Virus record (IMG/VR): IMGVR_UViG_3300035042_000139
DNA length: 64,000 bases
DNA from: a virus
Lineage: Duplodnaviria; Heunggongvirae; Uroviricota; Caudoviricetes
Direction: 5' to 3' (one strand)
Both the position numbers and the translations under genes were made by a program. This document shows, one piece after another, positions 16,999-25,595 of the stretch (positions are counted from its first letter, which is position 1; the number at the start of each line of letters is the position of its first letter). The notes under the pieces are model-generated. The model saw nothing but the letters and a program-made list of their open reading frames with translations. It was not told the origin of the DNA and ran no database searches.

Positions 16999-17297
16999 TG
17001 ATAGAGATTACAAATATAGATGAGTTTAATTATTTTATCAACCAGGATGAATATGTTCTGATTGATTTTTATGCTAAATGGTGTGGAAAGTGTAAGCAAC
17101 TTAAAGGAAGGTTAATGGCCCAGTATGCTGATAAGTTTGATATTTACACAGTTGATGTTGACTCTTTTGAGGCTTTAGCTGAAGAGTATAACGTAAAAGG
17201 ACTTCCGAAACTTATATTGTTTAAAAATGGAGAGATTGTTGAAGAACAGGATAAATCAGCTATGGTATTTCTAAAAAAGATAAAAACATTACTATAA
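16980..17297 (+). CDS. trx: Thioredoxin.
   Basis: 'IDFYAKWCGKCKQL' CxxC active site, 'GLPKLILFKNGE' cis-Pro region, 105 aa. Confidence 0.8.
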   Translation: MGGIKLMIEITNIDEFNYFINQDEYVLIDFYAKWCGKCKQLKGRLMAQYADKFDIYTVDVDSFEALAEEYNVKGLPKLILFKNGEIVEEQDKSAMVFLKKIKTLL

Positions 17298-17335
17298 AAA
17301 AAGAAGCCGTCCATTTAAGGGCGGCTTTTATTGTT
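17296..17335. terminator. Bidirectional rho-independent terminator at the convergence point of the + and - strand modules.
   Basis: A-run 17296-17302, AAGCCGTCC (17304-17312), loop, GGGCGGCTT (17319-17327), then TTTTA. Confidence 0.7.
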
Positions 17336-17340
17336 TCTAT

Positions 17341-17925
17341 TTAGTTATCTATTACTAAATCAGCTGTAGAATAAATGGCTACACCTAATGCTATGTACTC
17401 AATTTTTTCTATAAAGCTCATTGAATACATTTTTTCCTGTTCATTTATTATATCGTCTTTAAGCATTAGCTGCTCTTTCTGCAGTCCTATCACCTGATTG
17501 GCGTTAGCTATTGCACTGTCAAAAGATTCTTTCTGGTTTTTAATAGAAACTTTAAGCATGTCATTTTCATCTTCTAAGGATAATATGTATTTATCTTGGA
17601 GTTCATTCTCCTTTTTTAATCCTTTTATTAAAGATTCCTGTTTGGCTACAATGCTTTTTAGTTTCGATACTTCATTTTCAAGAGATTTAATCTTATTTGC
17701 AACATCAATAGCTTCCTGTTCTGTTAAATCATATTTTTTACTTTCTATTATCTTTTTTAGAGTTTCTATCTCTGCCTTTTGAGCTTTTATAGTGTTGCTT
17801 AGTTCTACTATTGTTGCAGACTCAGCATTAGCCTTCTGACTTCCCATCATCATTAATACTGTCAATAATATAATTATAAGCAGCGTCGCCATCAGAGTCG
17901 CCAAATTCTCCGGGTGCATTCTCAT
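17341..17925 (-). CDS. Membrane-anchored coiled-coil protein.
   Basis: N-terminal hydrophobic segment 'LATLMATLLIIILLTVLMMM' then about 150 aa of heptad-rich coiled coil. The true start is probably an internal Met (about 17892 or 17856). Confidence 0.45.
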   Translation of the reverse strand: MRMHPENLATLMATLLIIILLTVLMMMGSQKANAESATIVELSNTIKAQKAEIETLKKIIESKKYDLTEQEAIDVANKIKSLENEVSKLKSIVAKQESLIKGLKKENELQDKYILSLEDENDMLKVSIKNQKESFDSAIANANQVIGLQKEQLMLKDDIINEQEKMYSMSFIEKIEYIALGVAIYSTADLVIDN

Positions 17926-18268
17926 CGTCTTCGAGCTCCTTTTTTAGGGTTTCAATTTCCTTTTCTGTCTCCCTATTTTTTTCTTTCTGTTGTTTGATTT
18001 CATTATCAATTAAATCTCTTTTCTCTTTCATATCTTTAGTTTTCTGAATCGAATCCTCAAACTCTTTGTCATACTTCTTAGCGTCTTTTTTTAATTGTTC
18101 CTGCCTGATTTTTACCTCTTCTCTAATTCTCTTTTCTTTTTCTTTTTTGCTTTTGATTTTTCTTTCTATCTCTTCCTTTTCTTTATTTTTGCTGAAGAAA
18201 ACAAATGCTAAAGCAGCACCTATCCCTGATAGAATATAAACCAAAGCTTCCTTTATTTTATTAAACAT
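17828..18268 (-). CDS. Membrane-anchored Lys/Glu-rich coiled-coil protein.
   Basis: TM 'ALVYILSGIGAALAFVFF' then a KE-rich helix and an acidic C-terminus. Confidence 0.4.
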   Translation of the reverse strand: MFNKIKEALVYILSGIGAALAFVFFSKNKEKEEIERKIKSKKEKEKRIREEVKIRQEQLKKDAKKYDKEFEDSIQKTKDMKEKRDLIDNEIKQQKEKNRETEKEIETLKKELEDDENAPGEFGDSDGDAAYNYIIDSINDDGKSEG

Positions 18269-18288
18269 AAATTCGCACCTTCTTTTTT

Positions 18289-18534
18289 TTATTTAAAGTT
18301 CTTAAGCAGTTCCTTTAAAATACCCTTAAGCATCGTCATGCCGCCGGAAAGACCTACAACAAGATAAAAGACAATTTTTACATCTTCAAAATCAATCATC
18401 TTGAGGAAAAAAGCCGGCACAGTAATCAAAAGAAGCACCAAGGCTAAGATATAATCTATAATTCTCTCCACTCTGTCATCTACTCCATCCTGGTCCCTGT
18501 CTAAAAACTCTCTTTTTTCTTCCATTAAGACCAC
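18289..18534 (-). CDS. Small two-TM membrane protein (holin-like topology).
   Basis: 81 aa. Two TM helices (IIDYILALVLLLITVPAFFL and VFYLVVGLSGGMTML) and a charged N-terminus. Confidence 0.35.
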   Translation of the reverse strand: MVLMEEKREFLDRDQDGVDDRVERIIDYILALVLLLITVPAFFLKMIDFEDVKIVFYLVVGLSGGMTMLKGILKELLKNFK

Positions 18535-18578
18535 TCCTATTTAAATTTTTACCCCCTTTTAACCCCCTTTTTATGCCT

Positions 18579-18959
18579 TTACCGTCTCTCAATATCCTTT
18601 TTTATACTCTCAATCTCTCCCTTTAAGTCGACCTTTACATCGTTTAAATCATTTCTCATTTCTGCTACAGCTGTTGCTATCTCTTTAATTGCATAACGGT
18701 GTTCTCCCATCTGCACCTCTAATGTGTGTGCAAATTTAGTCTGATTTTTTTGTGACTGAGCTAAGAGCTTTCTCGTCTCTTCCGCATCACAGATTACTTT
18801 ATCAAGCATCTCCGATTTCTCTTTTGAGTTTTCTCTTTCTCTTTCAATCATGACTTTAACTATCGAATAGATTACACCAACTAACATAGCTATCAAGTAG
18901 AGATAAGGGTTTGATAGTGTGTCTCCTAGTACTGAAATGAATTTTGTGAATTCTACCAT
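18579..18959 (-). CDS. Membrane-anchored coiled-coil protein.
   Basis: TM 'YLYLIAMLVGVIYSIVKVMI' followed by a coiled coil. Confidence 0.4.
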   Translation of the reverse strand: MVEFTKFISVLGDTLSNPYLYLIAMLVGVIYSIVKVMIERERENSKEKSEMLDKVICDAEETRKLLAQSQKNQTKFAHTLEVQMGEHRYAIKEIATAVAEMRNDLNDVKVDLKGEIESIKKDIERR

Positions 18960-19017
18960 CTTCTCAAGTTACCTCCTAGACATATTTAATGTCCCCCCTG
19001 TGATAGCCCCTTTTGAA

Positions 19018-20127
19018 TTATAACTTATCACCTCCATTTAAGATAATGTAGGACCTTGGCTCAATTTTAAACCCCTGAACCATTTCTGCGTTGCCTCCGT
19101 TGTTGATTATTAGTTCGTAACATCCTCTTTTAGCGTGGTAAATGTTACATGTTGATTTGATAATCTCAAGGCCCTCTTTTTTTGTTTTCTTTTTAACTCC
19201 GATAAGAGTATCTATTTGGTCTTTCAGTTCATATCTAAAGTAATCATCCCAGAAAACAACGACTGGATTGTCCTGGAAGAATATATATGCATATGCAAGC
19301 TCTTTTTTCTCTGAGATTGCATCCTTATTTGAACTTCTCTCTCTTCTTTCAATATCGTGATTAGCAAGGAAGTTAACCCTTTTATTTTTGTTTATTTCTT
19401 CAAGTTTTCTGATATCAAAATCAGGGTTCATACACATATCTCTTAATTTGTAAAATAAGGGAAAATTTAATAAATTTAAGTCTGGATTATAAGAGTGAAC
19501 CTCATTTAGTTTTGAATCTGCACCTTCCCAGTATTCGCCCATCATAAATGTGTCAAGCTTAAAATATTGTGTGAATACTTTTGTAAAATCCCAGCGCATA
19601 TCTTTTATGTTATCTAGTCGAAAACTGTCGAAACCTATCTCATCTTTGAGCCATTTTGCCCAGTTTATTAAACCATCTGCCATATATTTATCATCAGAGT
19701 AATAACAGATTGTTTCTCCAAAGGAGTTGCGGCTGTCGCAGCCACCACATTCGTGACAGAAGTGCTTGTAATTTTTTTTAAATAATTCATCTTCAAATTT
19801 TGTGTATGTTTTTTTATCAAAATAAGGATTGTACTCAAGCTCTCCTCCAAGCATATGGCCTAATACTAAATCAGCCATGACATTAACATCTTCTTTATGT
19901 AGTTTATTTATTAGTTTTTTGAGTGTTTCTTTAGTACCAAACCTAGAATCTAAGTTGTAATGTTCTTTAATATCATAGCCCATTGAGTTAGCACCATTCA
20001 TGCCCTTTGAAACAGGTGGAAGCCAGACAGTATCAAAGCCCTTGTTTGCTATCTCTTCAGCCAGATACTCTAAATGCTCCCACCAATTCTCAAGACAATT
20101 CCAATAAAACCCCTGTAAGATTACCAA
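19018..20127 (-). CDS. Glycoside hydrolase family 13 alpha-amylase catalytic domain protein.
   Basis: 'VILQGFYWN' N-terminus. GH13 regions I 'DLVLGH', II 'GFDSFRLDNIKD', III 'MMGEYWEG' and IV 'NFLANHDIERR'. Confidence 0.7.
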   Translation of the reverse strand: MVILQGFYWNCLENWWEHLEYLAEEIANKGFDTVWLPPVSKGMNGANSMGYDIKEHYNLDSRFGTKETLKKLINKLHKEDVNVMADLVLGHMLGGELEYNPYFDKKTYTKFEDELFKKNYKHFCHECGGCDSRNSFGETICYYSDDKYMADGLINWAKWLKDEIGFDSFRLDNIKDMRWDFTKVFTQYFKLDTFMMGEYWEGADSKLNEVHSYNPDLNLLNFPLFYKLRDMCMNPDFDIRKLEEINKNKRVNFLANHDIERRERSSNKDAISEKKELAYAYIFFQDNPVVVFWDDYFRYELKDQIDTLIGVKKKTKKEGLEIIKSTCNIYHAKRGCYELIINNGGNAEMVQGFKIEPRSYIILNGGDKL

Positions 20128-20141
20128 AGCCTCTCCACTCC

Positions 20142-20837
20142 TTAAAAATAGTAATTGTAATGTTTTAATGCTCCATTTTCTATAACCACTGCTAGTGCTT
20201 CAAGTTCTTTTTCTATTTCAAAACTAGTTTTAATATCATTTATTTTTTCATCTAATATTGTTTCGAATTCCTTTAAGTCCTCATCAGTTAAAGGCTCTGA
20301 TACATCTTCGTATTTTACCCTGTTTACTGTAAAATAAAGTCTTAAATTATCTTCTATCTTTTTTGTTTCCAGATTGTAATCAAGACCTATAAGGTAAGCT
20401 TTATCCAAAATAGATTCACTTAAAACTAAATCATCAGTATTCGTCATACTCTTAAGTTTGTTGAGCTGTTCATCATTTAAGCCCTTTTTGTACAAATAAA
20501 ATGTTACGCTTTTTTTGTCGTAAGAGATAATTGAATAAATCGAAGATAAAAAACTTAAGCTTGTAATATCAAAGAGCTTATTATTAATCTCCTGATTTAT
20601 AACATCACCCATCTTAAGCTCATCTAATACCTTTAAATACTTTTCGGTGTCGGCAACTTTATACTCATTAAATGTATAGTAAACTTCCTTTTTATCTATA
20701 TTAACTATGTCGGGTAGAGCTTCTTCGATTTCAAAGCCAAGCTCTTTTATTTTACTTTTTAGTTTTTCCTTGTTTTTGAACCTGTAGTCTTCATTTTTTA
20801 TTAAGCCGTCACTAATCTTAGTCATTACTTTTTCCAC
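20142..20837 (-). CDS. Hypothetical protein.
   Basis: 231-aa ORF, no recognised motif. Confidence 0.4.
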   Translation of the reverse strand: MEKVMTKISDGLIKNEDYRFKNKEKLKSKIKELGFEIEEALPDIVNIDKKEVYYTFNEYKVADTEKYLKVLDELKMGDVINQEINNKLFDITSLSFLSSIYSIISYDKKSVTFYLYKKGLNDEQLNKLKSMTNTDDLVLSESILDKAYLIGLDYNLETKKIEDNLRLYFTVNRVKYEDVSEPLTDEDLKEFETILDEKINDIKTSFEIEKELEALAVVIENGALKHYNYYF

Positions 20838-20853
20838 TTATATTTGCCTCCTT

Positions 20854-21477
20854 TTATAAGTTTAAAATAAAATTCTTAAACTCTGTTTTGTTAAGATTGT
20901 TATCTTCTTTAGTCCACATATTTTTATCTAAAGTAAGGCCTCTTTTAATAATGCCGAAACCCTCAGTGTTATTTTTAGCTAAAAAGGTGAGTCCGTATTT
21001 TTCTGCATATCTTTCACCAAAGTACAAGGAAAGTTCACACCCTTCTGAGAATTTAAGTTCAGATGAAGGTAATAATATATGAACTTTACTTTCTTTTGCA
21101 CTTTTAACTAAATCTCTTTTTTGCTTAAATTCTTTGCAAAGCTCTATGTATGGAATATCAAACTGCAAAACACAACTTAAACTTTTAATGTCATATACTT
21201 TAGGCATCCATTTAATACCAACTTTTTTTGAATATCTATCTATTTCTTTCAGTTCTTCTTTTTTGAGCTGTAATCTTCTTTCACAATCTATATTGAGCAT
21301 CTGGCCCCAGGGAGTATCAATCAATTTAAACCAATTATCTCTAGTGATTGATAGCTCTGGAACTTTAACATCAAAGGATATAATATCTGCTCCTGCCATA
21401 AAGGCTTCCTCTATTAGTTTTTTAGCAAATACTATATTTCCATTATGGTTTGTTTTTGCGTCTGCTATTATTTTCAT
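20854..21477 (-). CDS. NeuB/PseI-like (sialic/ulosonic acid synthase family) TIM-barrel protein, short form.
   Basis: 'KIIADAKTNHNGNIVFAKKLIEEAFMAGADIISFDV' parallels NeuB '[33 protein letters not shown]'. 'KVGIKWMPKVYDIKSL...FDIPYIELCKEF..KRDLVKSAKESKVHILLPSS' parallels NeuB 'KGMIFISTPFS...MDIPAYKIGSGE....LIKLVASFGKPIILSTG'. Lacks the C-terminal SAF domain. Confidence 0.4.
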   Translation of the reverse strand: MKIIADAKTNHNGNIVFAKKLIEEAFMAGADIISFDVKVPELSITRDNWFKLIDTPWGQMLNIDCERRLQLKKEELKEIDRYSKKVGIKWMPKVYDIKSLSCVLQFDIPYIELCKEFKQKRDLVKSAKESKVHILLPSSELKFSEGCELSLYFGERYAEKYGLTFLAKNNTEGFGIIKRGLTLDKNMWTKEDNNLNKTEFKNFILNL

Positions 21478-21521
21478 ATTTTTGTCACCCTTTTTAATTA
21501 AATGCTCCCCCTATTAAAAAT

Positions 21522-22115
21522 TTAGCTGTTGTATCTTATTACTGCATTGACTACATCGTTCATCATTAACTTTAAGTAGTCATCGTTATTTAGTTTCTTT
21601 TCTTCTTCTATATTTGTAATAAAACCCATCTCTATCAAGACTGCTGGCATATGAGTGTGTTTTAATACGTATAAGTTCTTTCTTTCTTTAAGGCCTCTAT
21701 CACGAGGATTAAGGTCCCTTATTACTTCTTCTTGTATTAATCCTGCAAGCTTTTTACCTCCTGTACTGGTAGGATAATGAAGTGTTTCAAAGCCACTAGC
21801 ACTCTCTGCAGCTGCTGCATTAGCATGGATTGAAATAAATAAATCTGCCTTTGCATTGTTTGCTATATTGCATCTTTCACTAAGCCTTACATATTCGTCT
21901 TTATCCCTAATCATTACTATTTCAAACCCTGTTTTTAGTTCGAACAAACTTTTAAGCATTTTTGCAGCTTTTAAGTTCTTTTCGCTCTCTTCTGTGTAGA
22001 TTTCATCTTTATAAATATCATCATCATGTTTTTTATCTTCAGGGTCAACAGCCCCCCCGTCTTTTCCTCCATGTCCTGCCGATATTGCAATTATTAAGTT
22101 TTCTTTATATGGCAT
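21522..22115 (-). CDS. N-acetylmuramoyl-L-alanine amidase (Amidase_3), endolysin.
   Basis: 'IAISAGHGGKDGGA', 'EKNLKAAKML', 'VMIRDKDEYV...RCNIANNAKADLFISIHANA', 'SGFET'. Confidence 0.75.
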   Translation of the reverse strand: MPYKENLIIAISAGHGGKDGGAVDPEDKKHDDDIYKDEIYTEESEKNLKAAKMLKSLFELKTGFEIVMIRDKDEYVRLSERCNIANNAKADLFISIHANAAAAESASGFETLHYPTSTGGKKLAGLIQEEVIRDLNPRDRGLKERKNLYVLKHTHMPAVLIEMGFITNIEEEKKLNNDDYLKLMMNDVVNAVIRYNS

Positions 22116-22174
22116 CTATAGTCACCTCCCTTCTTTTTTTAGTTTTATTTATCAAACATTACTAAACATAAAAC

Positions 22175-22408
22175 TTAAAGTTTATTTTTTTTATTCTCAT
22201 AAGTAAATTTAATATCGAATGGTTCTCCTTTTAGCTTACTTATTTCTGCTGCAAGTACATGAACTGCCTCTATTAATTCTTCTTTTGTAATGTAGTCTAG
22301 GTCGTTTGCTAGCTCAGCGTTTTCATCTGTTAATTTTTCATAACCTTTTGAAATAACCAGCCTATCTCCATTATCTAAAACATTATATTTAGCCATCATA
22401 CTCACCAT
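22175..22408 (-). CDS. Small acidic hypothetical protein immediately downstream of (and overlapping) radical-SAM paralog 1.
   Basis: 77 aa with a 20-nt overlap with the upstream gene. Confidence 0.35.
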   Translation of the reverse strand: MVSMMAKYNVLDNGDRLVISKGYEKLTDENAELANDLDYITKEELIEAVHVLAAEISKLKGEPFDIKFTYENKKNKL

Positions 22409-23292
22409 TTTCTATTTTTTTTAAATGATTATCAAAATGCTCTATTATAGAATCATCTTTTTTATATCTTATTTTGTTGCACCGCTTACACATATCGGGG
22501 TATTCCGAGACATCTTTTCTTAATTTATCTCTAAACCTATTTGCTTTTTTGGAATAAAATATTTCATAGACTGTATTTTTAAAAACATTCCCAAAAGACA
22601 TATCTTCAAATTCCTCTAGTTCTGTTCGTATATGGCAACAGGGATTAACCTCCCCCAAATAGTTAATTGATATATTTATAAATGGTTCATAGCATTTAAC
22701 ACTTCTGTTATCTCTATTATTTTTGTATTTTACCTTTCTCTTTTTATTTGATTCTTTATCCTCATAAAATATATCTTCAGTTATTATACCTGCCCTGTCC
22801 TCTATTTCTTTATTTTCTGGCCAATTATAAATAACTATAACTTTTGTTGCATCTTTATGGGTTGCTAATATTTTTGACTTACACTCAATAACATCAAGAA
22901 TACCACAGCCAGAATCCATTAATTTATTTTTCCAGTAATTTATACCCTTCATATCATAATCCATAATATGAAGCCTGTTAAGATTTAAACCATCTAAATT
23001 ATTATAATTTATAAAATCTCCATTTGTTGATATGTCAATCCTTACATTATCTAAAATATCTCTTGCTTGATTAACTCTTTTTTTGAGAATCTCAATATTT
23101 ATCATTGGCTCTGAATAACCATTTAATGTTAATATTTTATTAGGCTGATTAAAGCCTAATTCTTTTAATTCATTTAATATTTCTAAATATTTATTTTCTG
23201 AAAGTTCTTTATAAAAACTTCTATCTACATATTTGTTTGTGCACCACTCACAAGAGCGATTGCACTGACTAAAAATTTCAATTTCAACCCTC
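22389..23292 (-). CDS. Radical SAM / SPASM-like domain protein (paralog 1). N-terminal region lacks a canonical start codon, so this is either a non-ATG start or a pseudogene.
   Basis: ORF track starts at Met 23105, but the same frame stays open upstream to a TAG at about 23296 and encodes 'VEIEIFSQCNRSCEWCTNKY' (CX3CX2C). C-terminus has the 'CYEP...NPCCHIR...FGN....EI...C.RCNK' SPASM-like cluster. Start coordinate uncertain. Confidence 0.5.
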
Positions 23293-23323
23293 TTTATATT
23301 TGATAAAATTTTAAACTACCCCC

Positions 23324-24196
23324 TTAAACAATATTCCCGTTTACTTTTTTCGCGTGTGTTCTTCCCTCTCTATCTTTGTTGCAGTACTTGCATATCTCAG
23401 GCATAGTTTCTACAGTAGAAAACTTGTTGTACAAATCAAAAACAAACTTAGAATTATATATTTCTGGAAGAGTTTTTTCTTTTATATTTCCAAGAATAAA
23501 TCTTTTATGCTTATCATGGTCGCTTCTCATATGACAGCAAGGCATTACATTCCCGTTGTAGTCTACATATATTGACAAAGAAGGTTCACTGCATACATAA
23601 TCTCTTTTTTCTTTTTTTCCTCTCCATAAAAGTGGCTTATCTTCATTATATATAAATTCATCATCTAAAATTCCACCTCTATCTTCAAGTAGAGCATGTT
23701 TTGGCCAGTCAACTTTATATATTAATTTGTCAATATTTTTGCTTTTAGCATGTATCGTCTTTGTGTCTTCTTTAATTTCAATTATAGAGAACCCTAAATC
23801 TTTAACTCTTTTTTTGCACTTATCCATTCCTTCCATATCATAATCCATAATATTTAACCTATCTATAATTAGATTTTCTAATGATTTCTCATTAACAAAA
23901 TCTCCATTTGTTTTTACAACAACTCTTGCGTTTGGAAATGTTTTATTAATTTCCCGAGTCCGTTTTTTTAAAAGTTCAGGATTTAAAAATGGCTCATGAT
24001 ATCTTCCTATAACTATTTGCACAAATACATTCTGGCCAAAACCATCTTCTCCAAGTTCTTTTAATATTTTTGTGAAATGTTCATCGCTCATTTCTTCATA
24101 AAAAGTTCTATCTATATCCTTATTAGGACACCACGAACATTTTCTGTTGCATTGACTATGGAGCTCTAATTCTAAATATTTCATTCCAGAAATCAT
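23324..24196 (-). CDS. Radical SAM / SPASM-like domain protein (paralog 2).
   Basis: 'ELELHSQCNRKCSWCPN' (CX3CX2C), 'KTNGDF', 'LNIMDYDMEG', C-terminal 'CSEP...MPCCHMR...LGNI...C.YCNK'. Confidence 0.65.
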   Translation of the reverse strand: MISGMKYLELELHSQCNRKCSWCPNKDIDRTFYEEMSDEHFTKILKELGEDGFGQNVFVQIVIGRYHEPFLNPELLKKRTREINKTFPNARVVVKTNGDFVNEKSLENLIIDRLNIMDYDMEGMDKCKKRVKDLGFSIIEIKEDTKTIHAKSKNIDKLIYKVDWPKHALLEDRGGILDDEFIYNEDKPLLWRGKKEKRDYVCSEPSLSIYVDYNGNVMPCCHMRSDHDKHKRFILGNIKEKTLPEIYNSKFVFDLYNKFSTVETMPEICKYCNKDREGRTHAKKVNGNIV

Positions 24197-24198
24197 TA

Positions 24199-25044
24199 TT
24201 AACTCACCTCTTCTACAAAATTATTCCATTCTTTTTCGTCGTTAATTATTTTATGAGGCTTTATCATTTCGCCAGTCCTATTTTTGTAATCCCACAAAAT
24301 ATCTCTCATCCAATGTGGTATTGCCTGATTAAAAAATAATAAATCAGCATAATATTTTGCCTCTATTTCGAGCAGTATTTTTCTGTCGTCATAAAATTTA
24401 ACATTGTCAATATTAAAATATTTTTCTTCCAATATCTTTTTTATTTCATCTGTATTGTTTCTGTCACCATAAAGTACCACAAAAGGAACTGCTTGCTTTA
24501 TTTTTCTTTCGACTTTTGCTAAATCTCTCCTTGACTTTAAAGGAAAATAATCTCGTTTTACTTCTAGGCATAACAGTTTCTTATCTTCAGGCCAGATTCC
24601 TTCATCAACTAAGAGTTGTATAGAATAAAGTCTGTGATTACCTTCGTATATAAAAAGTTCATCATGAGGCATTCTGTTTGCTATAACAAGAGGCCAATAT
24701 GTTCCGTTTTCTAGTATATCTAAACCTAATTTTTTTTTATTATTTATAGTTTCCATAAGATATTTGTCCTCAACAAATTCATCCCAAAATTTTTGTGTCT
24801 GGTCATGCCTAACACGAATTTTTCTTGGGTGAAGCCATCTAAACTCAAAATATTCTAAATCAAGTATATTTTTGATATTATTATAGATATGCGTATTATA
24901 AAGGTAATGTATATCCTCTTTGCTGTACTTTATCTTGTTTTTTTGCAATAAGTAATTACCATGCTCATGCCCTACTATATTAGCAAAAACGAAATCGTTT
25001 ATCTTTTCATCAAAGAACAAAGGCCTAATAATATTTGGCTCCAT
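24199..25044 (-). CDS. Hypothetical protein (possible ParB/Srx-like fold).
   Basis: 'LFIYEGNHRLYSIQLL' loosely resembles the ParB 'DG.HRL.A' motif. Weak. Confidence 0.35.
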   Translation of the reverse strand: MEPNIIRPLFFDEKINDFVFANIVGHEHGNYLLQKNKIKYSKEDIHYLYNTHIYNNIKNILDLEYFEFRWLHPRKIRVRHDQTQKFWDEFVEDKYLMETINNKKKLGLDILENGTYWPLVIANRMPHDELFIYEGNHRLYSIQLLVDEGIWPEDKKLLCLEVKRDYFPLKSRRDLAKVERKIKQAVPFVVLYGDRNNTDEIKKILEEKYFNIDNVKFYDDRKILLEIEAKYYADLLFFNQAIPHWMRDILWDYKNRTGEMIKPHKIINDEKEWNNFVEEVS

Positions 25045-25061
25045 TTTTAACCTCCCTATAA

Positions 25062-25595
25062 TCAGTAAGCGTTGATTGTTATTTCATTATCAGAAAATCT
25101 ATCATCTACAACTCCAAAAACATAAGAGCCAGCTTCATTTATTTCAATACTTTTCTCTCCATAATTATTTGATACGTTTACAGGAAATGGAATATCATTT
25201 ACTTTTAGCTCTATTTTTTCAAAGTTGTCTACAGCCTCTAAAGTATTTTTGATAGTAACACTTATAGTTAAATTATTATTTAGACTTAAATCGAGCTCAT
25301 CCATTGAAGATTCAATTTCAATTACCGGCTTTTCTTTCACTTCTGTAAATCCATCAATTTTAACAATTCTTAATTTTTCTTGAGCATCAATTGTTATTAA
25401 CTCATCATAATAAACAACACTATCTAAAAATTCCTTCTGGTCTAATGGTACTCTAGCGGACATACATAGATTCTCAAAATCAGGAAGTGGAGCGCTACCA
25501 TAAGGCTTAGCCTGACATCTCAAAATTGCAAGATTCCTTTTGTCATATAAAATTCTACTTGGCATTAATCTGAACCTCCCTCTATTGCTAACCAC
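25062..25595 (-). CDS. Hypothetical protein (possible fiber accessory or assembly protein).
   Basis: 177-aa ORF overlapping the upstream fiber gene by 31 nt. Confidence 0.35.
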   Translation of the reverse strand: MVSNRGRFRLMPSRILYDKRNLAILRCQAKPYGSAPLPDFENLCMSARVPLDQKEFLDSVVYYDELITIDAQEKLRIVKIDGFTEVKEKPVIEIESSMDELDLSLNNNLTISVTIKNTLEAVDNFEKIELKVNDIPFPVNVSNNYGEKSIEINEAGSYVFGVVDDRFSDNEITINAY

